Part shown: positions 9,844 to 19,195 of the stretch, in pieces
Layout of the letters: each line of letters begins with the position of its first letter
Position numbering within the stretch: position 1 is the stretch's first letter
From: an uncultured Gammaproteobacteria bacterium
GTDB lineage: Bacteria > Patescibacteriota > Microgenomatia > Daviesbacterales > UBA10151
NCBI GenBank assembly: GCA_964393525.1
Contig: CAYMTV010000001.1
Span: 1,545-65,544, forward strand
Direction of reading: 5' to 3'
Length of the DNA: 64,000 nt
Position numbers and translations under genes: made by a program
The notes under the pieces: generated by a model
The model's database searches: none
What the model was told of the DNA's origin: nothing
The model's input: the letters and a program-made list of their open reading frames with translations, nothing else

Positions 9844-10614
9844 ATGGATTTAGAGCCATTTCATAGAAGCGTCTATCAGCTGATACTGACTATTGTTGCA
9901 GCAGTCAGCACAACTTTCACTTCTCCATCGGATCTACAAATCAACCTGCAAAATCCCGGGGTAATTACAGCATATAATATTCTAGAAGAAAGTCTCAATA
10001 TTGATGAATCAGAAAGCATTCAGCTGGACACTGAAGATAAGATTAATCAGGATACGAGTAAGGTAGAAAAGATAAAATTAGTGATTAAAGAGTCTGATTC
10101 GACACCCACTCCAACACCAAGCCCTATTCCATCACCGGTAAAAAAAGCTACTCCAATTCCTAAAGAAACCACCGAACCTAAACAAACGAATGATATTGCC
10201 CTAAATTCAGAAGCAAATAAAGAAACAAAAACTGGTATAGAGCTGGTTAATCAAAATTTATCCGGTTCTGAACTGCTTTTCCAAATGGCCAATCAACACC
10301 GTGCAAAACTTGGTTTAGGAGTTTTTGAAAAAGATGAGAAGATTTGTCAAATTGCCCAACAAAGAGCTCCTCAAGTCTATGGAGAGGTTTTTACGGCTGG
10401 CCCAATGCATAAAGGGTTTTATGCACTTAATTTACCTTATTGGGCAGCAGAAAATATTGCCTCTTATCAGACAATAGAAGAAAATTTTAATTTTTGGATT
10501 GCCGATTATATCCACAGGAAGGCAATAGAAGGGGATTATAAATACAGCTGCGTTGCCTGCTTTGGGAATTCCTGCTCCCAAATATTTACAAGTTACATAC
10601 CAAAGAAGAATTGA
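9844..10614 (+). CDS. CAP/SCP-domain exported protein with Pro/Thr linker
   Basis: Hydrophobic N-terminus, TPTPTPSP linker, NQHRAKLGL, AENIA, HRKAI. Confidence 0.8.
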   Translation: MDLEPFHRSVYQLILTIVAAVSTTFTSPSDLQINLQNPGVITAYNILEESLNIDESESIQLDTEDKINQDTSKVEKIKLVIKESDSTPTPTPSPIPSPVKKATPIPKETTEPKQTNDIALNSEANKETKTGIELVNQNLSGSELLFQMANQHRAKLGLGVFEKDEKICQIAQQRAPQVYGEVFTAGPMHKGFYALNLPYWAAENIASYQTIEENFNFWIADYIHRKAIEGDYKYSCVACFGNSCSQIFTSYIPKKN

Positions 10615-10656
10615 TCTTTAGAAATATATACATGCTATCATTAATATTTGAAACAT

Positions 10657-11922
10657 ATGTTTAAATTTCTAATACTGATTGGCTTAGTCTTAATTTTAGT
10701 TTTTTCGGCTTTAAATCAAGAAAGTGATACAATAATTAAAAACACTACCCTAAAAGATTTAAATATATCTAAAACTGCCGTAGATTATTCGGAAGATTTT
10801 AAGACGCTTGGTTTTAGTGGACAAAAAAAGTTGGTAGAAGATTCTCAGGGCAATGTTTATATTGCCTACAGAAAAAAAGTAAATAGTTACTATGAAATTT
10901 TTGTCTCCAAACTTAGCAAAAATGCCGACAATAATTTTCAAACAATCTATTCTGAAAATGTTTCCAGGTTTAGTAATAAAGTAAACCAAAGGGTACCCTC
11001 AATCTCAATTGATTCCAAAGACAATATTTATCTAGTCTGGTATGGAACAGATTCGGCAAAAGAGGAGAATAATAGACAAATCAAATATTCTAGCTCTCAA
11101 GATGGAGGAAAAACCTGGTCTAAGCTTGTCAATGTTTCCTTTGTTGAGGGATTTAAAAAACAAAACCTTTGGCAGGAACACCCGGACATTTTAGTAGGAA
11201 AAAATGATAAACTTTTTGTCGTGTGGGAAGGAAAGGATAAAGAAAATAATAATCAACAAATCAAATTTGCAAAGTCTAAAGATGGCTCAAGTTGGACAAA
11301 TTGGAAGAATATTCAGCCGGGAGCAGGCTCCCAATCCAGACCTACTATCCTGCAAGATAAAGACGGATTAATCTATGTTTTTATGTATTCAAGAAAGGGC
11401 CAAAAAGAGCATCAAATTTGGTACTCAACCTCCAATGACGAAGGCGAAACTTGGAGCAAATGGGAAAATATTTCAAAGTCAAATAATGATTCAAGGCATT
11501 TAGCGGCAGTAGTTGATAATCAAAATGTAATTCATATTGTCTGGAGGGAGTATAACCCGGAAAATAAGAGGACCCAAATCAGATATTCACAACTAAACGG
11601 TAGACAGTGGTCAAGTTCCAAAATTATTTCCAAATCGGGTACTTATCAGTATTTTCCTCAAATAGGGTTAGATAAGAACAATAAGGTTTATGTAGTCTGG
11701 TGGGAAACATCAAAGAGATACGAATATCCGGAAGAAGACCCACAAGAAGGTAACCTCTACTTGAGCATATTGCAAGATCAAAATTTTTCACCAACGCAAC
11801 TTATTTCCACCAAAGCCTATTTTCCTAATATTATCCAGAAATCGGCTATCGATGGAAGCTATATAATTTACTCCACCAAGGGTAAAAACTTCTCTATAAA
11901 TTTTACAGAAATCAAACTTTAA
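10657..11922 (+). CDS. Exported BNR/Asp-box (sialidase-like beta-propeller) protein
   Basis: Signal/anchor; Asp-boxes SSQDGGKTW, SKDGSSW, TSNDEGETW; repeated P-I-D-x-x-IY(L/V)VW blades. Confidence 0.75.
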   Translation: MFKFLILIGLVLILVFSALNQESDTIIKNTTLKDLNISKTAVDYSEDFKTLGFSGQKKLVEDSQGNVYIAYRKKVNSYYEIFVSKLSKNADNNFQTIYSENVSRFSNKVNQRVPSISIDSKDNIYLVWYGTDSAKEENNRQIKYSSSQDGGKTWSKLVNVSFVEGFKKQNLWQEHPDILVGKNDKLFVVWEGKDKENNNQQIKFAKSKDGSSWTNWKNIQPGAGSQSRPTILQDKDGLIYVFMYSRKGQKEHQIWYSTSNDEGETWSKWENISKSNNDSRHLAAVVDNQNVIHIVWREYNPENKRTQIRYSQLNGRQWSSSKIISKSGTYQYFPQIGLDKNNKVYVVWWETSKRYEYPEEDPQEGNLYLSILQDQNFSPTQLISTKAYFPNIIQKSAIDGSYIIYSTKGKNFSINFTEIKL

Positions 11923-11930
11923 GCCCTCTG

Positions 11931-11959
11931 TTGACATTTTAAGTGTAACGTTGTAGAAT
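11931..11959 (+). promoter_or_regulatory. Sigma70-type promoter of the polysaccharide locus
   Basis: TTGACA-17 bp-TAGAAT. Confidence 0.65.
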
Positions 11960-12042
11960 ATCCTGTAATAATTACTACTAGCTATAAATCAGCTTTGTAG
12001 TAATATTTTTTTTGAGTTGACAATTACCTATAATAAAAATAT

Positions 12043-12960
12043 ATGGGGAAAAGTAAAATAAAATTATCAATCATCGGTTCCGGTATAGTAGGTCAGGCAA
12101 CGGGCAAGGGTTTTATCGAAAAAGGGTTTGATGTAACCTTTATTGATGTTAATCCAAGCATTATTGAAAAATTAAACAGCCAAGGTTGCAGGGCTTATCT
12201 CGCAAGCGATAGGGAAAATATTCCCTATACCGACATTTCCATATTCACAGTTCCTACCCCCACTATTGGTGACGAAATCGAGCTAAAGTTTCTAAAAGCA
12301 GCTGCTAAAGATCTGGGAAAAAGAATCGGGAAGATGAAAAGAGATCACTTAGGAGTAGTCAGAAGTACTGTTGGCCCCGGAAGCACAGAGATTATGCTTA
12401 AAATTTTAGAAAAATACTCAGGTAAGAAAGCCGGCAAAGACTTTGGGGTTTGTATGAATCCAGAGTATCTAAGAGAAGTATCAGCCTTGGAAGATTTTGC
12501 TAATCCCTGGATTGTAGTAATAGGAGAATTTGATAAAAGATCAGGAGATTTATTAGAAAAAGTTTATAAAAGATTTAAAGCTCCGATCCACAGAGTTTCT
12601 TTGAAAGAAGCTGAAATGCAAAAATATGTTCACAATTTATACAACGCCTATAAAATCACTTTCTTTAATGAAATGAGAAGGATTGCTCAGGCTTTAAAAA
12701 TTGATGCCGAGAATATGTTTGAGATGACTGTCAAAAGCTGCGAGGGGATCTGGAATCACAGTTATGGGACCCGTAACTTTGGACCATTCTCCGGAAGCTG
12801 TCTGCCAAAAGATACTCAGGCATTTCTAGCTTGGGCACAGAAAAAAGGTTATGAAGCGGACTTGCTTGAAACTACGATTGAGGTTAATAAAACTTTTATT
12901 TCAAGAAAAGTAGATACAACCAGAATCCTCCCAACACGCTACTCAGAATTACCACTTTAG
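12043..12960 (+). CDS. UDP-glucose/GDP-mannose dehydrogenase family (AlgD-like), lacking the C-terminal domain
   Basis: GSGIVG Rossmann motif, VRSTV, GKKAGKDFGVCMNPEYLRE, catalytic K in AEMQKY, catalytic C in GSCLPKD; only 305 aa. Confidence 0.85.
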   Translation: MGKSKIKLSIIGSGIVGQATGKGFIEKGFDVTFIDVNPSIIEKLNSQGCRAYLASDRENIPYTDISIFTVPTPTIGDEIELKFLKAAAKDLGKRIGKMKRDHLGVVRSTVGPGSTEIMLKILEKYSGKKAGKDFGVCMNPEYLREVSALEDFANPWIVVIGEFDKRSGDLLEKVYKRFKAPIHRVSLKEAEMQKYVHNLYNAYKITFFNEMRRIAQALKIDAENMFEMTVKSCEGIWNHSYGTRNFGPFSGSCLPKDTQAFLAWAQKKGYEADLLETTIEVNKTFISRKVDTTRILPTRYSELPL

Positions 12961-12978
12961 GTTTTGGTAATAAATATT

Positions 12979-15885
12979 ATGGATAATTTACTAGCCCAAA
13001 CACAAAATTACCTATCAATCATTGCTTTTTATCTTCCAATTGGAATCATTGGAGTTTGGCGTTGGCTGGTATGGCTTTTTAAAAAAGCTGTTGGATTGTA
13101 CTACAAGCCAAAAAGGAATAACTATAAAGCATCTGTTTCTATAATTACTCCAGTTTATAATGAAGATCCAGCTATTTTAAAAAAAGCACTTTTTTCCTGG
13201 AAGGAAAATGATCCTTTTGAAATCATTGCAGTCATAGATTATACCGATAAACAATCGATTGGAATTTTTAAAAAATTCAGCAAAACTTTTTCTCGGGCAA
13301 AACTGATTATTACTAAAAAGCCTGGAAAAAGATCAGCTCTGGCTGATGGTATAAAAAAGGCAAAAGGAGAAATTGTTGCATTAGTTGATTCGGATACTTT
13401 ATGGACAGAAACAGTTATTATAAACTGTCTCCCGCCCTTTAAAGACCCTAAAGTTGCCGGAGCAACAACCAGGCAAAATGTTTTAAATACTAACTCTTTA
13501 GCCCAGAAATTATTTGATATCCAATTGGATCTTAGGTATTTTGACGAATTTCCGTTTTTAGCAGCAGCTGGTGATGCACTGGTCTGTTTGTCTGGTAGAA
13601 CCGCTTTTTATCGCAGAAAAGTAGTACTTCCTATGTGTGAAGATTTAGTCAATGAGACATTTTTGGGTAAACCTGTCATCTCAGGTGATGATAAAAGACT
13701 TACCTACCTTGTTTTGGCAGCCGGATGGAAAGTAGCTTATCAAAAAAATGCCAGAGTGTTTACGCCGGGAATGGTTGATCTAAAAAGCTACTTAAAACAA
13801 CGCTTAAGATGGACTAGAAATAGCTTAAGGGCTGATATAAAAGCGATAATTCAAGGTTGGCCCTTTAGACACCCAGGCTTAGTATTTTTCCAAATAGATA
13901 AGATTGTCCAATCATTTGCCATAGTCTTAAGTCCAATCTATTTTTTTGTATCACTATATTTAGGGCTTTACTTAGGCGCATTCTTAATCTTTGCTTGGTG
14001 GTTTATCTCAAGGGCAATTAAAATCTATCCTCATATAAAAAGAAGGCCACAAGATATATCCCTTTTGCCATTTTATGTTCTATACACCTTTATCTCAGCC
14101 GTTTTAAAGATCTACGCCCTATTTACCTTAAACACCCAGAGCTGGATCACCAGATGGGATCAAAGCAGGCTTCCTCAATTTAAATTTATCCAATATCTTC
14201 CAGCCTATGCCATGACAGTCATTTTACTTGCTTTTTTGACTTTTGGAGTTTATTCCCAAAAACAGGGAATTATGCTTTTAGAACCAGTGGAATTAAAACA
14301 AACTCCAGTTCAGGTAGAGAACTTAATATTAAAACCAGATGTGGAAGTGGCCCAAGCTAAGGAAGATCTCGATTCAACATATGTTAACGAAAAAGGTACA
14401 TTGGTTCAAAAATATGTAGTGAAGCCAGGCGATACACTCTCGCAAATTGCCTATAACTTTAACACTGACACCGAGGATGTTTTAGAGGCTAATATAAATA
14501 TTTTACCTAACTGGAATGTAATTGAACCGGGGACAATTTTAAGCATCCCGTATCAAAATTTCAGTCTTGAATCTCCTCGCACTAAATCTTTTACAATTAA
14601 GAATTTGCCAAAACTGGATATAACTTATGATAAGGAAGATAATACAATTCATCTCTTTGGAAGAGGTAACCCAATCACTCTTAAGACCTTACAAGAAAAG
14701 CTCGGTAATGATCGGATTGAAGAGATTGCTCCTAAGCAATGGCTATTAAAATCTAATCTCAAACTCGAAAATGGTGTTTCCTTAACTTTAAATAAAAATG
14801 AGGTTGAATGGCTTAAATTAAAAAGCGAACCAGGTAGTTTTGTTACTTTAAGAACTTGGGGTGGAAATATTCATATTGATGGTGTAAAGGTCTCTTCTTG
14901 GGATACAACCAAAAATGATTATGATAAAAACGAGAAAGATGGTAGAAGCTTTATCATGGTCAAATATAACTCAAGGATGGATATAATAAACTCAGATTTG
15001 GGTTACCTGGGCTTTTATCCCCGTTCTGCATCTGATGGCTCATCTTATGGAGTTTCCTGGAAGTTGCCCGATGGGACATATAGGAAATACTTCGTTACAG
15101 GTGAGGTTTTAAACTCAAAGTTTCATCATAACTATTTTGGCGCTTATACTTATGGTGCAACCGGGATGGTCTGGAGAGGAAATGATTTTTATAACAACAT
15201 TCAATATGGATTAGATCCTCATGATGATTCAAATGGATTTTTGGTTGAGAATAATACATCACATGATAATGGAAACCATGGGATAATTTTTTCTAAAAGA
15301 TGTGTTAATAACATCATCAGAAACAATATCTCCTATAATAATAGATTGCATGGGATAATGTTGGATAGAAATTCTGATAATAATATCGTGGAGAATAACT
15401 CTGTTTTTGGAAATAAAGACGGTATTGCCCTTTATGATTCAAGTAATAATATCGTTAGAAATAATAAGATTGAGAGGAATAAAAGAGGTCTGAGGGCGAA
15501 TACTAAGTCTCAAAATAATACTGTTTTAAATAACAACTTTAACAGTAATTCTCAGTATGGAGTATACCTTTATGGTCAGGCCAACAGCACTATAATCTCT
15601 AAAAATAGCTTTAATCAAAACAATGTGGCACTGTATGTTAAGACAAATACCAATCAAATAAATGATAATAATATTACCAATAATAAAACTGGTGTTTATT
15701 TTGTGGATAGGGCATCTGATAATAAGGTTACTAAAAACGTTATTACAGATAATAAAAAATATGGTATTTTTACCAAGACCTTTAAGGGAACTAAAAATAT
15801 TGTAGGAGATAATGTGCTTTCTAATAATGGCCAAGATATCTTTACAGCCTCTTTAAAAGATCCAGCACTTTCCCAAGCAAGATGA
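12979..15885 (+). CDS. Fusion: processive GT2 polysaccharide synthase + LysM + AlgG-like parallel beta-helix (putative C5-epimerase)
   Basis: PVYNED, GKR, VDSDT, SGDDKRLT, QRLRW, TM helices, SWITR; LysM YVVKPGDTLSQIA...N...IEPGTIL; beta-helix with YGLDPHDDS and HGIIFSKR. Alternative TTG start at 12964. Confidence 0.85.
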   Translation: MDNLLAQTQNYLSIIAFYLPIGIIGVWRWLVWLFKKAVGLYYKPKRNNYKASVSIITPVYNEDPAILKKALFSWKENDPFEIIAVIDYTDKQSIGIFKKFSKTFSRAKLIITKKPGKRSALADGIKKAKGEIVALVDSDTLWTETVIINCLPPFKDPKVAGATTRQNVLNTNSLAQKLFDIQLDLRYFDEFPFLAAAGDALVCLSGRTAFYRRKVVLPMCEDLVNETFLGKPVISGDDKRLTYLVLAAGWKVAYQKNARVFTPGMVDLKSYLKQRLRWTRNSLRADIKAIIQGWPFRHPGLVFFQIDKIVQSFAIVLSPIYFFVSLYLGLYLGAFLIFAWWFISRAIKIYPHIKRRPQDISLLPFYVLYTFISAVLKIYALFTLNTQSWITRWDQSRLPQFKFIQYLPAYAMTVILLAFLTFGVYSQKQGIMLLEPVELKQTPVQVENLILKPDVEVAQAKEDLDSTYVNEKGTLVQKYVVKPGDTLSQIAYNFNTDTEDVLEANINILPNWNVIEPGTILSIPYQNFSLESPRTKSFTIKNLPKLDITYDKEDNTIHLFGRGNPITLKTLQEKLGNDRIEEIAPKQWLLKSNLKLENGVSLTLNKNEVEWLKLKSEPGSFVTLRTWGGNIHIDGVKVSSWDTTKNDYDKNEKDGRSFIMVKYNSRMDIINSDLGYLGFYPRSASDGSSYGVSWKLPDGTYRKYFVTGEVLNSKFHHNYFGAYTYGATGMVWRGNDFYNNIQYGLDPHDDSNGFLVENNTSHDNGNHGIIFSKRCVNNIIRNNISYNNRLHGIMLDRNSDNNIVENNSVFGNKDGIALYDSSNNIVRNNKIERNKRGLRANTKSQNNTVLNNNFNSNSQYGVYLYGQANSTIISKNSFNQNNVALYVKTNTNQINDNNITNNKTGVYFVDRASDNKVTKNVITDNKKYGIFTKTFKGTKNIVGDNVLSNNGQDIFTASLKDPALSQAR

Positions 15886-15911
15886 AGCAAGCTTGCTTCT
15901 TTACCTTTCAA

Positions 15912-17084
15912 TCAATCTTTCATTTTTTTTAATGGTAACTCAACCGTAAAAGTTGAGCCCTGTCCCTCTTTACTGTCAACGGAAATTTTTCCGCCATGGG
16001 CTTTGATAACCTGATTTGTAATGTAAAGACCAACACCCAGCCCTTTATAGTGATTATCGTGGACTGCTCTTTCAAAAAGTTCAAAGATCTTAGCTTTTTC
16101 CCTGGAAGGTATTCCAATGCCATGATCCTTTACTATAATCTTTCCCGTTGCATTTTGTTTAAAGACCCTCACCTCGATAGGTTTTCCTTGCCCATACTTT
16201 AGTGCATTGGAGATTAAGTTCATCAAAACCTGCTCGATTCTTAAGGGATCAAACTTCCCCTTAACCACGCCGTTAGTATCGATCCTAATCTCGATATTTT
16301 CCTTTTCCGACTTTTCGGCAAAGCGCTTAATTACGTCTTTTGTTAACTGGCTTAAATCTGATTCCTCAAGATCCAGACTCATTCTGCCTGTTGTGATTAA
16401 TGAAACATTTAAAAGGTCGTTGATCATTCTAGAAAGACGTTGGGTTTGTTGTTCAGCACTCTCCAGCATATCCAATAGGTTTTGAACGGAAAAGGAGGCT
16501 AATGAAACATTTCTGATATTATGCAAAGCAGTTTGAAGTTTAAGTAGAGTAGTGGTAAGAGGAGTTTTTAGCTCATGAGAGGCAATTGATAAGAATTCAT
16601 CCCTGACCTTAATTTCTTTTTTGGCTTTCAAGTTCTCTCCCTCCAGGTTTTTTATGCGATTTTGGGATGCTTTCTCAAGTTTATTAAACTCCGATAGTAA
16701 ACTCAGTTGTTTTAACCTGGCTGTAATGTAGCTTATGGTAACCCCCAGTAAAATAAAAATACTTATTTCTAAAACTGAAAAAAGATTTAATGGAAACTTA
16801 AGGGGATAAAATAGAAATATTATTGAAACAGTGCCGAAAATAATAGTAATTAGGGATGTTTTTAAATCACCGGTCAAAGCAGTTAAAAAAATTGCTAAGG
16901 AAAAGAGTAAATATGAGACTGTTTTTCCGTTACTTGGGTCTAAAGTCAGGCTTATTTGAAGTGATAATAAGCAGAAAAGAACCACAGCCCCATACCTGAA
17001 TGTATAGCTTTGCAGGTTTTCTTTAGGAAACTTTGATTGCCTTATCAAGTCCCGATACAAACCTTTTACTAATGCAAATTTCAT
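15912..17084 (-). CDS. Membrane sensor histidine kinase
   Basis: About 4 N-terminal TM helices; ASHELKTPL H-box, NLISNALKY, DHGIGI, GLGVGL. Confidence 0.92.
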   Translation of the reverse strand: MKFALVKGLYRDLIRQSKFPKENLQSYTFRYGAVVLFCLLSLQISLTLDPSNGKTVSYLLFSLAIFLTALTGDLKTSLITIIFGTVSIIFLFYPLKFPLNLFSVLEISIFILLGVTISYITARLKQLSLLSEFNKLEKASQNRIKNLEGENLKAKKEIKVRDEFLSIASHELKTPLTTTLLKLQTALHNIRNVSLASFSVQNLLDMLESAEQQTQRLSRMINDLLNVSLITTGRMSLDLEESDLSQLTKDVIKRFAEKSEKENIEIRIDTNGVVKGKFDPLRIEQVLMNLISNALKYGQGKPIEVRVFKQNATGKIIVKDHGIGIPSREKAKIFELFERAVHDNHYKGLGVGLYITNQVIKAHGGKISVDSKEGQGSTFTVELPLKKMKD

Positions 17085-17155
17085 AGTTTGCAAAGTATAT
17101 TAATAATTTACTCTAAGATCAAATCAGGTTAATGCAGTAAAAGTGGATGGAAGTA

Positions 17156-17716
17156 TTAATCTTGTTTTCCGTGGATTAGTGCATCAATAACATCGTGAGG
17201 CAAAGTTGCTGCATTAAGTAAGGCTTTTCTGACAATATTTCCGGCTTCGGAACCAATCTCATCGGCTGCTCTCAAAGATCCAATGACCGCATCTTTTGCA
17301 AGTTCCGCGGCATCTCCTCCAATATCATTGGCGGCCTTAATCGCTCCTTCTACCGCGGAAACCGCTGCTCCACCAAGGTCCTGACCTACTGAGTTTGCTC
17401 CCTTTATCGCTCCAGAGGCAGAATCAACAGTTGCAGTGCCGATATCCTGACCGACGTCTTTGGCCCCTTCAATTGCACCACTAACAAGCCCCACGATTGC
17501 ATCTGTGACCGATACTCCGGTTTCCGAAGCTGCCTTGACCCCGTCTGAAGCAACGCCTGTAACAAAATCCAAAGAAGTGGTAGCGACATTCCCCCCTGCT
17601 TGAATTGTATTTACAACATTATCTTTAACTACATCCCTGGTGGTATTTACAACATCTCCGGCTCCGGAAACGATTGAAGAAAGGGAGTTTTTCAGATCAT
17701 CTACGATATTACCCAT
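17156..17716 (-). CDS. G/A/V/D-rich protein with 22-residue helical repeats
   Basis: Tandem GAIxGAxxVGxD-type repeats at 22-aa spacing. Confidence 0.75.
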   Translation of the reverse strand: MGNIVDDLKNSLSSIVSGAGDVVNTTRDVVKDNVVNTIQAGGNVATTSLDFVTGVASDGVKAASETGVSVTDAIVGLVSGAIEGAKDVGQDIGTATVDSASGAIKGANSVGQDLGGAAVSAVEGAIKAANDIGGDAAELAKDAVIGSLRAADEIGSEAGNIVRKALLNAATLPHDVIDALIHGKQD

Positions 17717-17808
17717 TGGTTAAATAAAAACATATTTTTTAGTATCTGTCAACCTCCTCAATTTTCATGGTTTACTTTTCTAATTAAAAATATGATACTT
17801 CTTTCGCA

Positions 17809-19017
17809 ATGATCAGCGTTTCAAAAAGATTAACCGATCTTCCGGTATCATCCGTCCGTAAGCTCTCTCCTTATGCCGCTGAGGCTAAAAATAAAGGTGT
17901 GAAAATTTACCACTTAAACATCGGTGATCCGGATATTAAAACCCCTAAAGTTATGATCGATGTTTTGCGAAACTGGAGTATTAATCCTATCCGCTATGCT
18001 AATTCATCCGGAGAGTCCGAGTTTATTCAGGCCCTAAGAAGCTACTACAACGGTCTAGGTTTTACTCAAATTAAAGAATCCGATATTTTGGCAACCGTTG
18101 GAGGTTCAGAGGCGGTAGTGATGGCAATGTATGCAACCTGCGGACCTGGGGATGAAATCTTAGTTTTTGAGCCTTTTTATTCAAATTATGCCACCTGTGC
18201 TAAATTCTGCGATATTAAGCTTGTTCCGGTTGAAACTACAATAAAAAACGGTTTTCACCTGCCCGACAGAAAAGTAATTGAAGAAAAAATTACCAGGAAA
18301 GCGAAGGCTATTTTAGTCTGTTCGCCAAATAATCCAACTGGCGCTATTTATACGAGGAAAGAATATAAAATACTTGTAGAAATTGCCAAGGAAAAAAATC
18401 TGTTTCTAATATCCGATGAAGTTTACAGAGAATATATCTTTGGAAATATTAAGCACACCTCGGTTCTGGAATTTTTAAATGAAATTCCGGAGCAGATAAT
18501 TCTTTTGGACAGCCTTTCCAAAAGGTACAGTTTATGCGGGGCGAGGCTTGGAATTTTAATGAGTTTAAATCAGGAAGTAATAAAGGGTACACTTAAGCTT
18601 GCCCAGGGCAGGTTATCTGGCGGGATTATCGACCAGATGGTTGGCGCTAAACTGACCCGCGTCCCCAAAAGTTATATTGAGAAAGTAAGACAAGAATATG
18701 AGAAAAGACGGGATGTCTTATATGAAGGTTTGTCAAAAATTAAAGGAGTTTTTCTTACAAAACCGGAAGGAGCTTTTTATACTATGGTAAGCCTACCGGT
18801 TGAGAATGCGGAGGATTTTTCAATATATCTTTTAAAAGATTTTAGAGATAAAAATGAAACAGTCATGCTTGCGCCGGGGGAGGGATTTTACGGCACAAAA
18901 AATCAGGGCTTAAATCAGGTCAGAATTGCCTATGTATTAAACACTCGTGATTTAAAAAGGTGCATTGAAATAATTGATAAAGCACTGCAAAAATACAATA
19001 TTGAAAAGTTCCCTTAA
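17809..19017 (+). CDS. PLP-dependent aminotransferase class I/II (aspartate aminotransferase-like)
   Basis: LNIGDPD, SPNNPTG, SDEVY, SLSKRYSLCGARLG. Confidence 0.92.
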   Translation: MISVSKRLTDLPVSSVRKLSPYAAEAKNKGVKIYHLNIGDPDIKTPKVMIDVLRNWSINPIRYANSSGESEFIQALRSYYNGLGFTQIKESDILATVGGSEAVVMAMYATCGPGDEILVFEPFYSNYATCAKFCDIKLVPVETTIKNGFHLPDRKVIEEKITRKAKAILVCSPNNPTGAIYTRKEYKILVEIAKEKNLFLISDEVYREYIFGNIKHTSVLEFLNEIPEQIILLDSLSKRYSLCGARLGILMSLNQEVIKGTLKLAQGRLSGGIIDQMVGAKLTRVPKSYIEKVRQEYEKRRDVLYEGLSKIKGVFLTKPEGAFYTMVSLPVENAEDFSIYLLKDFRDKNETVMLAPGEGFYGTKNQGLNQVRIAYVLNTRDLKRCIEIIDKALQKYNIEKFP

Positions 19018-19195
19018 AACACTGGATAGTTTGAGTTTGAAAGATAGGAACTTTTCAATCAGCTTTGCTGTAGATCGTAAGTATTGAACAAATATTGCTC
19101 TCTGATGCATTTCTTACCCAATTTTTCACCCACTCTTAAACCCATTGCTTAACATAATAGATTCTTCAAATTGAAGACAGGAGGTGAGCTTCCTA

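Noticed and set aside
12979-14270. Plain hyaluronan synthase call for the GT2
   Set aside because: HAS-like motifs are present, but the fused DPHD beta-helix, GDDK/SGR residues and AlgD-like neighbour fit a polyuronate/alginate-like product better; the substrate remains unproven
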